Shown here piece after piece: positions 10,026 to 19,721 of a DNA stretch of 64,000 bases; position 1 is the first letter of the stretch, and each line of letters begins with the position of its first letter. The stretch comes from Eubacteriales bacterium (GTDB taxonomy: Bacteria; Bacillota; Clostridia; Oscillospirales; CAG-272): positions 28,901 to 92,900 of the forward strand of contig JAZORT010000023.1 of the NCBI GenBank assembly GCA_045656745.1, written 5' to 3'. The notes under the pieces are model-generated. The model searched no databases, was not told the origin of the DNA, and saw nothing but the letters and a program-made list of their open reading frames with translations. Made by a program: the position numbers and the translations under genes.

Positions 10026-13000
10026 ATGAAGAAAAGAATATTATTCGCTTTACTCGCGCTCTTGCTCGTTTTTGCCCTCGTCGGATGTAAGGGAGATAAA
10101 TCGGCAAGCTCCGATACCTTGCAGGACGGCGGTAACGGCGGCACGGGCGGGGGAGAAAATTCGGGCGAAAGCCTTGCGATAGTAATTCCCGAGGACTTTG
10201 ATACCGACACGGTTTACGACCTTGCTTACTCCCTCTCGGAGTACGAGGTGAAAATAACCAACGATCAGAACGTTCAGGCTGACAGAAAGCTTATAATAGG
10301 CGTTAGCGGCTCAGAGCTTTACAACTCGGCAAAAAGATATTACGACAGACTTGATTTAAAGACTAATACCGATACGGCGTATCTCATTTATTCCGACGGC
10401 AAATCGGTCGTTCTCATTTTTGACGGTGAAAAGTACGGCGTTCGTGCGGCGGAGGCCTGTGCCGTTGAGAAGCTGAAGGAAGCGTATATTTCCGGCGGCA
10501 GATTCAGCGAGCTTAACTCGGGCGTTCTCTGCTCACAAGTCTTTGACGCCATTGAGTATCAGCAGACCTTGGACGAGGCTATGATAGAGGCGAATTGGGC
10601 CGAAGTCGAAAAGCAGCTGAGGGAAGAGATGGGTGATGAGAGAGCAGAGGCAACTCTCGCCGCCTTAAAGAAGCTTTACAGCTCTTACAGTGACGGGGTT
10701 ATCTCCTGGTTCGCTAACCTTTACGACCCCGTGACCGGCGGCTATTATTATTCAAATTCCGCAAGAAATTCCATAGGCTTCCTGCCAGACGTTGAGTCAA
10801 CGGCGCAGGCGCTCGGATTTATACGCTCGTCGGGTATGGCGGCGCACGTTGATAACGACCTTACCCGTCTTTTGCCCGAGGAGATGCAAAGAAGCATCGT
10901 AAACTGGGTAAAGAGCCTTCAAAGTGCTGAAAACGGCTACTTCTATCACCCGCAATGGGGTGTTGCAACCACTAATGCAAACGCCGCAAGACTCGGACGT
11001 GACGTTACTCAGGCAACTGCGGCGCTTGAATATCTTAACGCCCTGCCTACGTACGATGCGCCGAACGGCGTTAAGGGTGACGGCGTAGTAAAGGTGTCGG
11101 AGGTTTACCTTACCGCAACGCTGAAGAAAAGCTCTGCGGTTATGGTGTCAAGGGTCGTTGCGGTCGCATACAGCGGCCCGGCTCACCTTGCAGACAAAGC
11201 AAGCTTTGAAAGATACCTTTCAACCATAGATATAAACGCGAATTCCTACGTTAACGGAAACGTGCTGGAGAGCCAAGCTCCTCAGATCGTAGAGCGTGAT
11301 AAGCAGCTGCGCGAAGCGGGTGCGGACTACAGCCTTGTAGAAATACTCTACAATTGGCTTAATTCAAAGCAAAATCAGACAACGGGTCTTTGGACTACAT
11401 ACGATTACGTTGATTACGAGGGTGTAAACGGTCTTCTTAAAATCTCAAGCGTTTACCGCAAAATAGGAAAGCCTATTCCTAATATTACAAAGGCTGCAAA
11501 TGCGGCTCTTGAGGCTATAAGGTTTGAAGAACCCTACACCGTTTGCTTCTGGCTTAACCCCTGGTACGCTCTGTCCTTGGTGTTTGAAAATGCAAAAAGA
11601 TATTATAAGGACACGGCCGAGAGCGAGAAGATCGACGAGCTTAAAGAGACTCTTTTTGAAAATTATCCAGAGCTCGTTGAGGTAACTATTAAAAACATAG
11701 CTCACTTTGCGAAAAGCGACGGATCATACTCCTTCCAGCTTGAAAGCTCTGCCGCGACCTCTCAGGGAATGCCGGTTGCTCTCAGGCACTGTAACGAGGG
11801 TGACGTAAACGCAACCATAATTTCTATAACGAGTATTACCAACACCATAATGGATATGCTGGGATACGGCGGTGCAGTTCCTCTTTACACAAGATCCGAC
11901 TGGATGAGATATCTTTCAATTCTCGAGGATCTCGGCGCGATCATAAAGGACGAGGAGACCGAGTCCGAGCCTCTTGACTTTGAGGACGAGCTTATTCCCA
12001 CCGAGTTTAATATTTCCTTAAGCACTCCCGATGCGGTAGTCGAGGTTATTGACGACAGCGTTTACGGCGAGCAGAGCAAGGTAGTAAACTTCCTCTCTAA
12101 GCCACACGCCACAGATTCCGACGAGCTTGAGATATTCATTACTTCAAGAAAATCTAACTTTAACGGCTTTGCCTTTGAGGCAGACGTTAAGTTTGTAAAT
12201 TACGGCGAGTCAAACGCGGCGTACGACTTTAACTTCTGCGCCCAGGGCGACCTTGCCTACGTTTTCCAGATATACGCCTTTAACGAGTATTCGGGAGCGG
12301 GCTCTTGGAACTCTGACTCGGTGTATATTTCCCACGCAGGTGATAAGTACCAGAAGAACATCGCTCCGATAGGAGAATACTTCAAGCTCCGTGCGGAATA
12401 TATCGATTCTCCTTACGATTACACGGGTGACGGCGTTGCCGACCTTCTCGTTTGTATTTACGTCAACGGTCAGCTCGTTTCTATCGGAAACACTCCGTAC
12501 AGAGCGGGAACGGTGTATTCGGCGCAGGATATGAACAAGTTTGAGATAAGAGCCTTGAGAGGTACGGACGGCGAGGTGCGTATCGACAACCTTAAGGTTG
12601 AGCAGATACTCGTTGATATGGAGCCCGGCAAGCTTGGCTTCGGTAACAACAAGCTTCCGCTTCAGACCGTGGCGGAAATCGGCTCTGACGGTGACGTCGG
12701 CATAAAGGGCGGCGGCCTTGTAATAGAAAGCACCGATTCGGGCGCAGATACCCTTAAGATCTATCCTACCTTAAAGAACGAGACTCCTACCGCGATAGCC
12801 CTTGAGAGCGATATGGTATTTTACGCTGAGGGCGAGCTGTCCACCTGGGAACTTGCTATAAGAAGCGGAACGGCTACGGTCTACGGATATAAAATAGTCG
12901 TTACGGGCGATAGCTATTCGGCGGGAATTTACGAGCCGGGCTCGGTATATCTTGTTGGAACGAAGGATTCCTTCAAGGTTAGGGCGGCATCGGTTGGCGA

Positions 13001-14138
13001 AACGTTCAATCTTCGCACCGAGTATATGAACCCGGGTCTTGATTACACCGGTGACGGAAACCCCGATATTCTGGTAAAAATCAGCGTTGACGGCGAGAGA
13101 GCCGCAACCGGCTATACACCCATAAGCCTTCTTAATATGCCTGAGGCAAAAGCAGTAAGCGCCTACTACCTGACGGCAACGAAGGAAGCTAAGGGCTCTG
13201 TACGAATAGACAATCTTATTCTCGAGCAGTGCGCTACCCTTTACGACGAGGGCGGCGAAGAGATTGGCGGCGGTGACTCGGAGCTTGAGCCCCCGATAAC
13301 CGATTATACGGGCGGCTACACCTTTGAGGACGGTCTCGTTCCCGCAGGCGTTGCAACCTCGTCCGCAAACACCTCCGGCGTTATCCGCAACAATGTGAAC
13401 GGTGAATACAGCATGGTTTGGGCTGTTGCGATGACAACCGGAAGAGCCGAGACGAAATTTGCTCTCACCAAGATCGGTGACAATGCCGACACGCTGGTGT
13501 TTGACGTTATGATGAAGCTTGATGCAACCATTCAGTCAAACGGAATTGAGTTCTGGCTCGGTGACGAATACCGCTTTGATTTCCTCGTTTACGACGGAGA
13601 CGACGAGAGTAACGCGCAAAAGAACGGAGCAAATGCGGGGCTTGTTAAGATCGGCAGAGCGGGCGGCTCTAAGATAAGCGGCTGCACTCTTGCAGAGGAA
13701 GGCGAATGGTTCAGATTTACCGTTGTATATACCGCTACAGCAGGCGAGCGTATCGTTGATATTTACGTTGACGGCGTAAGAGTTGACGGCGAAAGAAGCG
13801 AGGGCAGCTATTCTGTAGAGAATATTACCGTCGCAAAGTTCTTAAGCTATACCACGGTTTCTACCGACGCTTATTTTGACAACGTTAAGGCCGAGAAGAT
13901 CGCAGCAGACGAGGTTATGCTTCCCGAGCCTTCTCCAAAGCCAACCCCCGACCCAACACCTGAACCCGAACCCGATCCCGAGCCCACCCCCGATCCCGAC
14001 AATCCCTCGGGCAGTGAAAACGGCGGCTTTGATTCCGAGGGCGGAGAGGGAAGCAATCCTTCGTACAATCCTCCCGGGGTTGAAAATTCACCCTTTGACG
14101 AGGGGGACAATGGCGGATGGACTCCCGAGCGTCCATAA
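10026..14138 (+). CDS. Cassette 1 giant lipoprotein (1370 aa): unknown barrel enzyme domain, lectin-like beta-sandwich modules, Pro-rich linker, acidic Trp tail
   Basis: Lipobox LVGC, same conserved motifs, three modules with F-E/D-x-D and terminal 'DN' strands, PEPDPEP linker, ends SPFDEGDNGGWTPERP. Confidence 0.88.
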   Translation: MKKRILFALLALLLVFALVGCKGDKSASSDTLQDGGNGGTGGGENSGESLAIVIPEDFDTDTVYDLAYSLSEYEVKITNDQNVQADRKLIIGVSGSELYNSAKRYYDRLDLKTNTDTAYLIYSDGKSVVLIFDGEKYGVRAAEACAVEKLKEAYISGGRFSELNSGVLCSQVFDAIEYQQTLDEAMIEANWAEVEKQLREEMGDERAEATLAALKKLYSSYSDGVISWFANLYDPVTGGYYYSNSARNSIGFLPDVESTAQALGFIRSSGMAAHVDNDLTRLLPEEMQRSIVNWVKSLQSAENGYFYHPQWGVATTNANAARLGRDVTQATAALEYLNALPTYDAPNGVKGDGVVKVSEVYLTATLKKSSAVMVSRVVAVAYSGPAHLADKASFERYLSTIDINANSYVNGNVLESQAPQIVERDKQLREAGADYSLVEILYNWLNSKQNQTTGLWTTYDYVDYEGVNGLLKISSVYRKIGKPIPNITKAANAALEAIRFEEPYTVCFWLNPWYALSLVFENAKRYYKDTAESEKIDELKETLFENYPELVEVTIKNIAHFAKSDGSYSFQLESSAATSQGMPVALRHCNEGDVNATIISITSITNTIMDMLGYGGAVPLYTRSDWMRYLSILEDLGAIIKDEETESEPLDFEDELIPTEFNISLSTPDAVVEVIDDSVYGEQSKVVNFLSKPHATDSDELEIFITSRKSNFNGFAFEADVKFVNYGESNAAYDFNFCAQGDLAYVFQIYAFNEYSGAGSWNSDSVYISHAGDKYQKNIAPIGEYFKLRAEYIDSPYDYTGDGVADLLVCIYVNGQLVSIGNTPYRAGTVYSAQDMNKFEIRALRGTDGEVRIDNLKVEQILVDMEPGKLGFGNNKLPLQTVAEIGSDGDVGIKGGGLVIESTDSGADTLKIYPTLKNETPTAIALESDMVFYAEGELSTWELAIRSGTATVYGYKIVVTGDSYSAGIYEPGSVYLVGTKDSFKVRAASVGETFNLRTEYMNPGLDYTGDGNPDILVKISVDGERAATGYTPISLLNMPEAKAVSAYYLTATKEAKGSVRIDNLILEQCATLYDEGGEEIGGGDSELEPPITDYTGGYTFEDGLVPAGVATSSANTSGVIRNNVNGEYSMVWAVAMTTGRAETKFALTKIGDNADTLVFDVMMKLDATIQSNGIEFWLGDEYRFDFLVYDGDDESNAQKNGANAGLVKIGRAGGSKISGCTLAEEGEWFRFTVVYTATAGERIVDIYVDGVRVDGERSEGSYSVENITVAKFLSYTTVSTDAYFDNVKAEKIAADEVMLPEPSPKPTPDPTPEPEPDPEPTPDPDNPSGSENGGFDSEGGEGSNPSYNPPGVENSPFDEGDNGGWTPERP

Positions 14139-14188
14139 AATATTTTCAGCAAACATATCTTTATTTTTACAAGAAAGGAGCGTGTAAG

Positions 14189-14323
14189 ATGAAGAAAACA
14201 AAAATCGTCTACGAAAATGCAGAGCTTTGCATTTTGCAGTTTGGTCAGCAGGATGTAATAGCAACATCGACCCCGTATGAAGATGGCGGAGATATGGGCG
14301 ATTGGACTCCCGAAAGAAATTAA
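14189..14323 (+). CDS. Cassette 1 small peptide (44 aa) MKKTKIVYENAELCILQFGQQDVIATSTPYEDGGDMGDWTPERN
   Basis: AAAGGAG RBS at 14174-14180; leader homologous to the peptides at 28373 and 38473. Confidence 0.8.
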   Translation: MKKTKIVYENAELCILQFGQQDVIATSTPYEDGGDMGDWTPERN

Positions 14324-14349
14324 AATAAAACCTGAAAGGAATAAAAACA

Positions 14350-16383
14350 ATGAAAAAAACATCTAAAATTTTAGCGTTGGTGTTTATGCTTGCGCTTGCA
14401 ACAACCTTGCTTTTCAGCATCGGCGCATCTGCCGAGAACGAAGCATCGCCTAAGATCGTATCCAAGAGCGCATACTTCGGCGATCAGACCTATCTCTATT
14501 TTGCAGTAAACAATTCTACTCTTGAAGCAGGTCAGGAGCTTGAGGTTCTTCTTTATACAGAAGACCCCAGAACAAATCCCGATGCAGAAAGCTTTAAAGC
14601 TGCTCTTTCCGAGATGGTTTATCCCTCAAAGCCTACCTATCCCGTGTATAAGTCATTTGGTATTCCGGCAAAGGCGATCGGTGATACCGTTTACGCTCTT
14701 GCACATGTGGTTGGCACAGAGCTTGATTACGATAACATAGTAACGTACAGTGTTCTCGAGTATCTCTACGAGCTTAAGTATATGACCAATCAGTCTACCG
14801 CAAAGGCAGAGCTCGCCGAGGCTCTTATAAACTACGGCGAAAAGTCCCAGAAGGCATTTGGCTATAAGACCGACGCTCTCGTTTCCGAGCTCTATTATGC
14901 ATACGTTTCCGTAGGAAGCTTTGACGGCGTGAATTATTCTGCTCTCGTTGCTCCCGGCGCGGCAAACAACACCGTAACCCCCGTAGCTGACGGCGTTACA
15001 AGATGGGCGGTTTATAAGTATGACGGGGACGGCAAGATGACCAAGACCGTCGTTGACGCAAACACCCCCGTTACCGTTGACGCTCACACCATAATCAAGC
15101 CCAGCGATGTTTACGACTTCGAGGAAAGCACCAATGCAATGAGCTACGTTGCAAGCGGCAAGGGCAAGCCTATCAGACAGAACGGTACTTACTCTGCGCT
15201 CACTATTGCACAGGATGCAGAGCACGGCAACGTTCTCGTACATAACGCGGCTAATAACAGAAACAGCGCAGAAGTTTATTTCGATCTCCTTACCAAGAAG
15301 GCAGGAGCCAACACCTTTGCCTTTGAGGCAGATATGAAGCTTGACGTTGTAAACGCAGCCGGCGATAAGCTCGTTCACTTCCAGCCCTACGGCTCCGTTG
15401 GCGCGGCTTACGACATTTACTTCCAGTTCTCCGAGGGCTCTAACATCAAGATCTTCGGTCAGTACAACAACGGATCTACAACAAACGAATCCAGCGTTGT
15501 AACCGAGGCAAAGGAAGGCGAGTGGTTCAAGTTCAGATTTGAATACAGCCTTACCGACAACGATTACGCACCCAACAACGGCGTTGCAAAAGACCTTTAC
15601 GTTAAGATATTTGTTAACGATGTGCTTGTAACCGTTGGTTATACTCCTTACTATGCAAAGGATACATCCAAGCACTACGCGGCAGATGCAGATCTCTGCG
15701 CATTCTTCCGTAACAGCGGCGATACCACTGCGGTTACCGCATACTTCGACAACGTTGTCGTTGAGCAGTGCAATACCGAGATCCCTGAGATCTACACCTT
15801 CGACGATATTCAGAGCTATCCCGGTGTAAGTGCAGGTACTATCGTAAACGACACAGACAGAGAGTCTAACGTTATTAAGTACACCTCTAACACAACGGCT
15901 ACAACCGATTACAGAACCTATCTCGTAAGCTCCGAGGAAGGCGCTAACGCAGTTGCCTTTGACGCTATGGTTAAGTTTGATGTTGGCGCGGCACAGCAGC
16001 AGAACCTCGAGTTCCTTATCGCAGGCGAAAAGAGCATTAAGGTAGTATTCTACGGATACGACGAAGCTCACACCAGCGCAGACTACAAGGGTAAGCTTCG
16101 TGTTGCAAACGCAGCAAATGCAGGCATCTCGCTCGTGAATAACATTGCTAACGAAAACGAGTGGTTCCACCTTCGTATAGAGTATATTCTTAACGATAAC
16201 GGCACAGCGACCGTAAACGTTATTGTAGACGGCAACGTTGTTGCAACCTCTAACGCAGCTACCGTTATCAATGTTTCCACCGTTAAGTTCGTTGCTACCG
16301 GACTTTACAAGGTTACTGATGCCTCCGTTGCGGCAAACGCATATCTTGACGATATTTCCGTAACCCGCTATGTAGCTGAATAA
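14350..16383 (+). CDS. Cassette 1 secreted protein (677 aa): shared N-terminal domain plus two lectin-like modules
   Basis: Sec signal ending ASA-E. 'GIPAK...YSVLEYLY...LINYG' domain shared with 28544 and 38654. C-terminal modules resemble those of 10026..14138. Confidence 0.85.
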   Translation: MKKTSKILALVFMLALATTLLFSIGASAENEASPKIVSKSAYFGDQTYLYFAVNNSTLEAGQELEVLLYTEDPRTNPDAESFKAALSEMVYPSKPTYPVYKSFGIPAKAIGDTVYALAHVVGTELDYDNIVTYSVLEYLYELKYMTNQSTAKAELAEALINYGEKSQKAFGYKTDALVSELYYAYVSVGSFDGVNYSALVAPGAANNTVTPVADGVTRWAVYKYDGDGKMTKTVVDANTPVTVDAHTIIKPSDVYDFEESTNAMSYVASGKGKPIRQNGTYSALTIAQDAEHGNVLVHNAANNRNSAEVYFDLLTKKAGANTFAFEADMKLDVVNAAGDKLVHFQPYGSVGAAYDIYFQFSEGSNIKIFGQYNNGSTTNESSVVTEAKEGEWFKFRFEYSLTDNDYAPNNGVAKDLYVKIFVNDVLVTVGYTPYYAKDTSKHYAADADLCAFFRNSGDTTAVTAYFDNVVVEQCNTEIPEIYTFDDIQSYPGVSAGTIVNDTDRESNVIKYTSNTTATTDYRTYLVSSEEGANAVAFDAMVKFDVGAAQQQNLEFLIAGEKSIKVVFYGYDEAHTSADYKGKLRVANAANAGISLVNNIANENEWFHLRIEYILNDNGTATVNVIVDGNVVATSNAATVINVSTVKFVATGLYKVTDASVAANAYLDDISVTRYVAE

Positions 16384-16392
16384 CAAAAAAAT

Positions 16393-16418
16393 AAGAGGCT
16401 GTCAGCTGACAGCCTCTT
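16393..16418. terminator. Bidirectional terminator (perfect 26-bp palindrome)
   Basis: AAGAGGCTGTCAGCTGACAGCCTCTT between convergent genes. Confidence 0.7.
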
Positions 16419-16434
16419 CAATTGAAAAATAATA

Positions 16435-17250
16435 TTAGGAATGCTTTGAGGTTTTTCTAAAACGCCCGGGAGTTTTGTCCGTGGCGGATTTAAAAACTCG
16501 GCAAAAAACTTTTGCATCCTGGAAGCCGACCATAATAGCAATATGCTCTAAGGACATAGTGGTTTCGGCGAGGAGATATTTTGCGTTTTCTATACGGTAG
16601 TTGTTAAGGTACTGATGGAAGCTTACTCCCATTACACTCTTGAACACGCGGCAAAAATTGCTTTTGCCGTATCCGCAGGCAAAAGCCGCATCGTCTACTG
16701 TGAGCTGATCGTTGTATCTTTCGTGAACCAAGGATAAAGCCTTGTCTATTTTCGAGAGATCGTTGGTTTTTTCGGCGGTTTCGTTTTGGTCGTCTTTATT
16801 CATATCACGGACCAAAAGCACGAAAAGCTCGTAAATTTTTCCTGCGATCAATAAATGCGATAAGGTGTCCTCGTCATTGAATAGATACTGGAAATTATTA
16901 AGGCAGGAAAGAATCACACTGTTCTCTTCGGAATTGGAGTAATGTTTTGCCTTGAAAGGACGGTTAGACGCAAGGTGGAAGTTTTCCTGCAAGAACACAG
17001 GTCCCATCTCCACCAGAATTGCCTTCGTACCGTCAACGCTCTTTTTGTACGCATGAGAGGAAAGACTGCCGATGGCTATTGCTTCTCCGGGATTGACTCT
17101 GATGTCCTCGTTTTCTATAACCAGATCGAGGAATCCTTCAAGGCAATATATGACCTCGATTTCGTAATGCTTATGATCCGGAAAGCCTTTTCCTGTGATG
17201 AATTTCGCAACGTAAGGGTGAATACCGTTTAACGGATCCTGATATATCAT
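16435..17250 (-). CDS. AraC family regulator (cupin plus double HTH)
   Basis: 'FPDHKHYEIEVIY' cupin; 'FCRVFK...YLNNYRIENAKYLL...IAIMVGFQD...FK...TPGRFR'. Confidence 0.92.
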   Translation of the reverse strand: MIYQDPLNGIHPYVAKFITGKGFPDHKHYEIEVIYCLEGFLDLVIENEDIRVNPGEAIAIGSLSSHAYKKSVDGTKAILVEMGPVFLQENFHLASNRPFKAKHYSNSEENSVILSCLNNFQYLFNDEDTLSHLLIAGKIYELFVLLVRDMNKDDQNETAEKTNDLSKIDKALSLVHERYNDQLTVDDAAFACGYGKSNFCRVFKSVMGVSFHQYLNNYRIENAKYLLAETTMSLEHIAIMVGFQDAKVFCRVFKSATDKTPGRFRKTSKHS

Positions 17251-17387
17251 AAGTACCTCTCATTTTCGTTTTAGTAAATTTTTGCGAATTATTTTTATAT
17301 TTTGTTAACAAATCCATTATAACACAAAGGAATAATCATTTCAATAGCTTTGGAATTTTTAATAATATTTTTGGAAAAAGTGATTAT

Positions 17388-18179
17388 ATGAATATACACG
17401 AATATTTAAATCAAACAGAGGAGAAACCTCTTGAAAACATTGTGGAAAACGGAGGCTATACCTCTATATTCAGAAAAATAGCCTGTATTGGCGACAGCCT
17501 CTCTTCGGGAGAATTTCAAATAATAAATCCAAGAGATAATAAGGCTATGGGAATAGACGATTACGAGCATTCATGGGGAAAATATCTTGGTAGAATGGCG
17601 GGCTCGGAGATTTATAATTTTTCAAGAGGCGGAATGACCGCAAAAGAATATGCGGTATCTTTTTCCAACGAGATGGGGCTGTATCGCTCCTCGCTTGCAG
17701 CAGATGCTTACGTGATAGCTCTTGGCTTCAACGACTTGTTGAACAAAAACATGACCGTGGGATCGGTCGATGATATTAACCGAGAAAAACCGGAGGATCA
17801 TACCGACAGCTTTGCAGGATACCTTGGTGAAATTATATTGAAATACAGAAAAATTTCCCCCGGGGCAAAGTTTTTCCTCGTGACTATACCGCATTCTCCC
17901 AGAGCCGAAGTGCAGCTTAAGGCGGTTGCGGATCACAGAAAATTAATGTATGATCTGGCTGATTTCTTTGATAACACTTATGTTTTGGATATGAATAAGT
18001 ATGCCCCGGAATTTGGCTCGGAATTCAGAGAGAAATATATGATGCGAGGTCATATGACTGCGACGGGTTACAGACTTTTTGCGGTTATGGTGGGTTCGTA
18101 TATTGATTATATCGTAAGAAAATATCCTCGAGAGTTTAAATATGTTGGACTTTCGGGATACGAATATGTTAAGGAATAA
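17388..18179 (+). CDS. SGNH/GDSL hydrolase (possible carbohydrate esterase)
   Basis: Block I 'CIGDSLS', block II 'NFSRGG', block III 'ALGFND', C-terminal 'GHMTATGY'. Confidence 0.85.
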   Translation: MNIHEYLNQTEEKPLENIVENGGYTSIFRKIACIGDSLSSGEFQIINPRDNKAMGIDDYEHSWGKYLGRMAGSEIYNFSRGGMTAKEYAVSFSNEMGLYRSSLAADAYVIALGFNDLLNKNMTVGSVDDINREKPEDHTDSFAGYLGEIILKYRKISPGAKFFLVTIPHSPRAEVQLKAVADHRKLMYDLADFFDNTYVLDMNKYAPEFGSEFREKYMMRGHMTATGYRLFAVMVGSYIDYIVRKYPREFKYVGLSGYEYVKE

Positions 18180-18315
18180 GAGCACAGAAATTTTATAGAA
18201 TAAAAACGGAAGATTTTCCCTTGCAAGCGGGGAAAATATTTGTTAAAATAGATTTAGCGAATAGAATTTTTGCCAATTTGGCGTGAATTTTTGAGAATTT
18301 AAAACGGAGAATATT

Positions 18316-19662
18316 ATGATTACATTTAAGTTACCGGAAGGATTTCTTTTTGGCACGGGCTCGTCGGCTCATCAGGTAGAGGGCGCGCCTTATGCAGACG
18401 GCAAGGGCGAGAACATCTGGGACTATGAGCATAGAGTAAATCCCTCATATTTCCACAACTGCTCTTCTACAAAGGAAGGCGCATTCTTCTACGAAAATTA
18501 CGAAAAAGATATTCTTGATATGAAGGAGCTTGGGCTAAAGAGCTTTCGTTTCTCCATATCCTGGACCCGTATTCTCCCTAAAGGCTACGGAGAGATAAAT
18601 CAGGCGGGCATCGACCACTACAACAGAGTAATAGACTGCCTTCTTGATGCGGGCATTGAGCCGTTTGTGGATATTTTTCACTGGGATTTGCCCCAGGCAC
18701 TTGCGGAGCGGGGCGGTTGGAAAAACAGAGAAATTATCGACCATTTCGTGAATTTTGCCAAAATATGCTTTGAAAACTTCGGTGACAGAGTAAAATATTG
18801 GAGCACAATGAACGAGCCTTCGGTCTTTACCTTTGCGCCCTATTACTGGGGCTCTTGGCCTCCCTTTGAGGAAAAGGTAGAGAGCGGAGTTCTTGCGGCT
18901 TATCACGCAATACTCTGCCATTACAGAACGGTAAGGCTTTATCGTGAAATGGGACTTTCGGGTAAAATCGGCGCGGTTATTGACGTTGTTCCGATGTATC
19001 CCAAAGACCCTGCGGGCAAGGACGTTATCGGAGCGCAAATTCAGCTTGAGCGTCAGTGCGGCTGGTGGCTCGACCCCATTTTCTTAGGCAAATATCCCGA
19101 GCTTATACTCAAGGAATGCTCTGATTTCGGCGAAGCAATGCCCGAGGGATACGAGGAAGAAATGGCGCGGGAGTTTGAGCCGGTGGATATGATAGGAATA
19201 AATTACTATTTCACCGGATGTGTTGAATACCGCGAGGACCTTCCCGAAAAGTCTAACCGAGTCGAGAATTACTATGTTCAGGAGGGACAGCGTTTTGAGC
19301 TTTATCCCGCCGGACTTTACGATGCTATGATGTATGTTACCAAAAAGTATAACCGCCCCGAGATTTACCTTACCGAAAACGGCCTCGGCGTGCTCTATGA
19401 CGGTGACAAGGAAAAGGAAATAAATGACGAAAACCGCATTTCTTATCTCAGAGAGCATCTTCGTATGATTTCCCGTTCTATTGACGCAGGCGCAGATATT
19501 CGCGGATATTACTATTGGTCAAACTTTGATATGTTCGAGGGCGCGGCAGGCTACAGCTACCGCTTCGGACTCAACTTTACCGATTACGAAACCGGAGAAA
19601 GAACACGAAAAAAGAGCTGGTACTATTACCAAAAGCTCATAAAAACCGGAAGCGTAGACTAA
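18316..19662 (+). CDS. Glycoside hydrolase family 1 (copy A)
   Basis: FRFSISWTRI, HWDLPQ, acid/base TMNEP, nucleophile YLTENG. Confidence 0.95.
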   Translation: MITFKLPEGFLFGTGSSAHQVEGAPYADGKGENIWDYEHRVNPSYFHNCSSTKEGAFFYENYEKDILDMKELGLKSFRFSISWTRILPKGYGEINQAGIDHYNRVIDCLLDAGIEPFVDIFHWDLPQALAERGGWKNREIIDHFVNFAKICFENFGDRVKYWSTMNEPSVFTFAPYYWGSWPPFEEKVESGVLAAYHAILCHYRTVRLYREMGLSGKIGAVIDVVPMYPKDPAGKDVIGAQIQLERQCGWWLDPIFLGKYPELILKECSDFGEAMPEGYEEEMAREFEPVDMIGINYYFTGCVEYREDLPEKSNRVENYYVQEGQRFELYPAGLYDAMMYVTKKYNRPEIYLTENGLGVLYDGDKEKEINDENRISYLREHLRMISRSIDAGADIRGYYYWSNFDMFEGAAGYSYRFGLNFTDYETGERTRKKSWYYYQKLIKTGSVD

Positions 19663-19721
19663 ATAAAGCAGACTAAATAAATTCGAAATGCGAAATTCGA
19701 AATTGAAATGAGGAACGGAGA

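Noticed and set aside
13920-14010. Pro-rich repeat as a DNA repeat element
   Set aside because: It is a coding PEPDP linker with varied codons.
14189-14323. Lasso peptide or other classical RiPP cluster
   Set aside because: The leader is only reminiscent of one. No cyclase, RRE, peptidase or exporter is present, so no class is assigned.
14653-16386. Long antisense ORFs (577 aa here; also 2807-3799, 23085-24290, 33516-34673, 38504-40162)
   Set aside because: They mirror strongly codon-biased sense genes, have no recognisable motifs, and are best explained as shadow ORFs.
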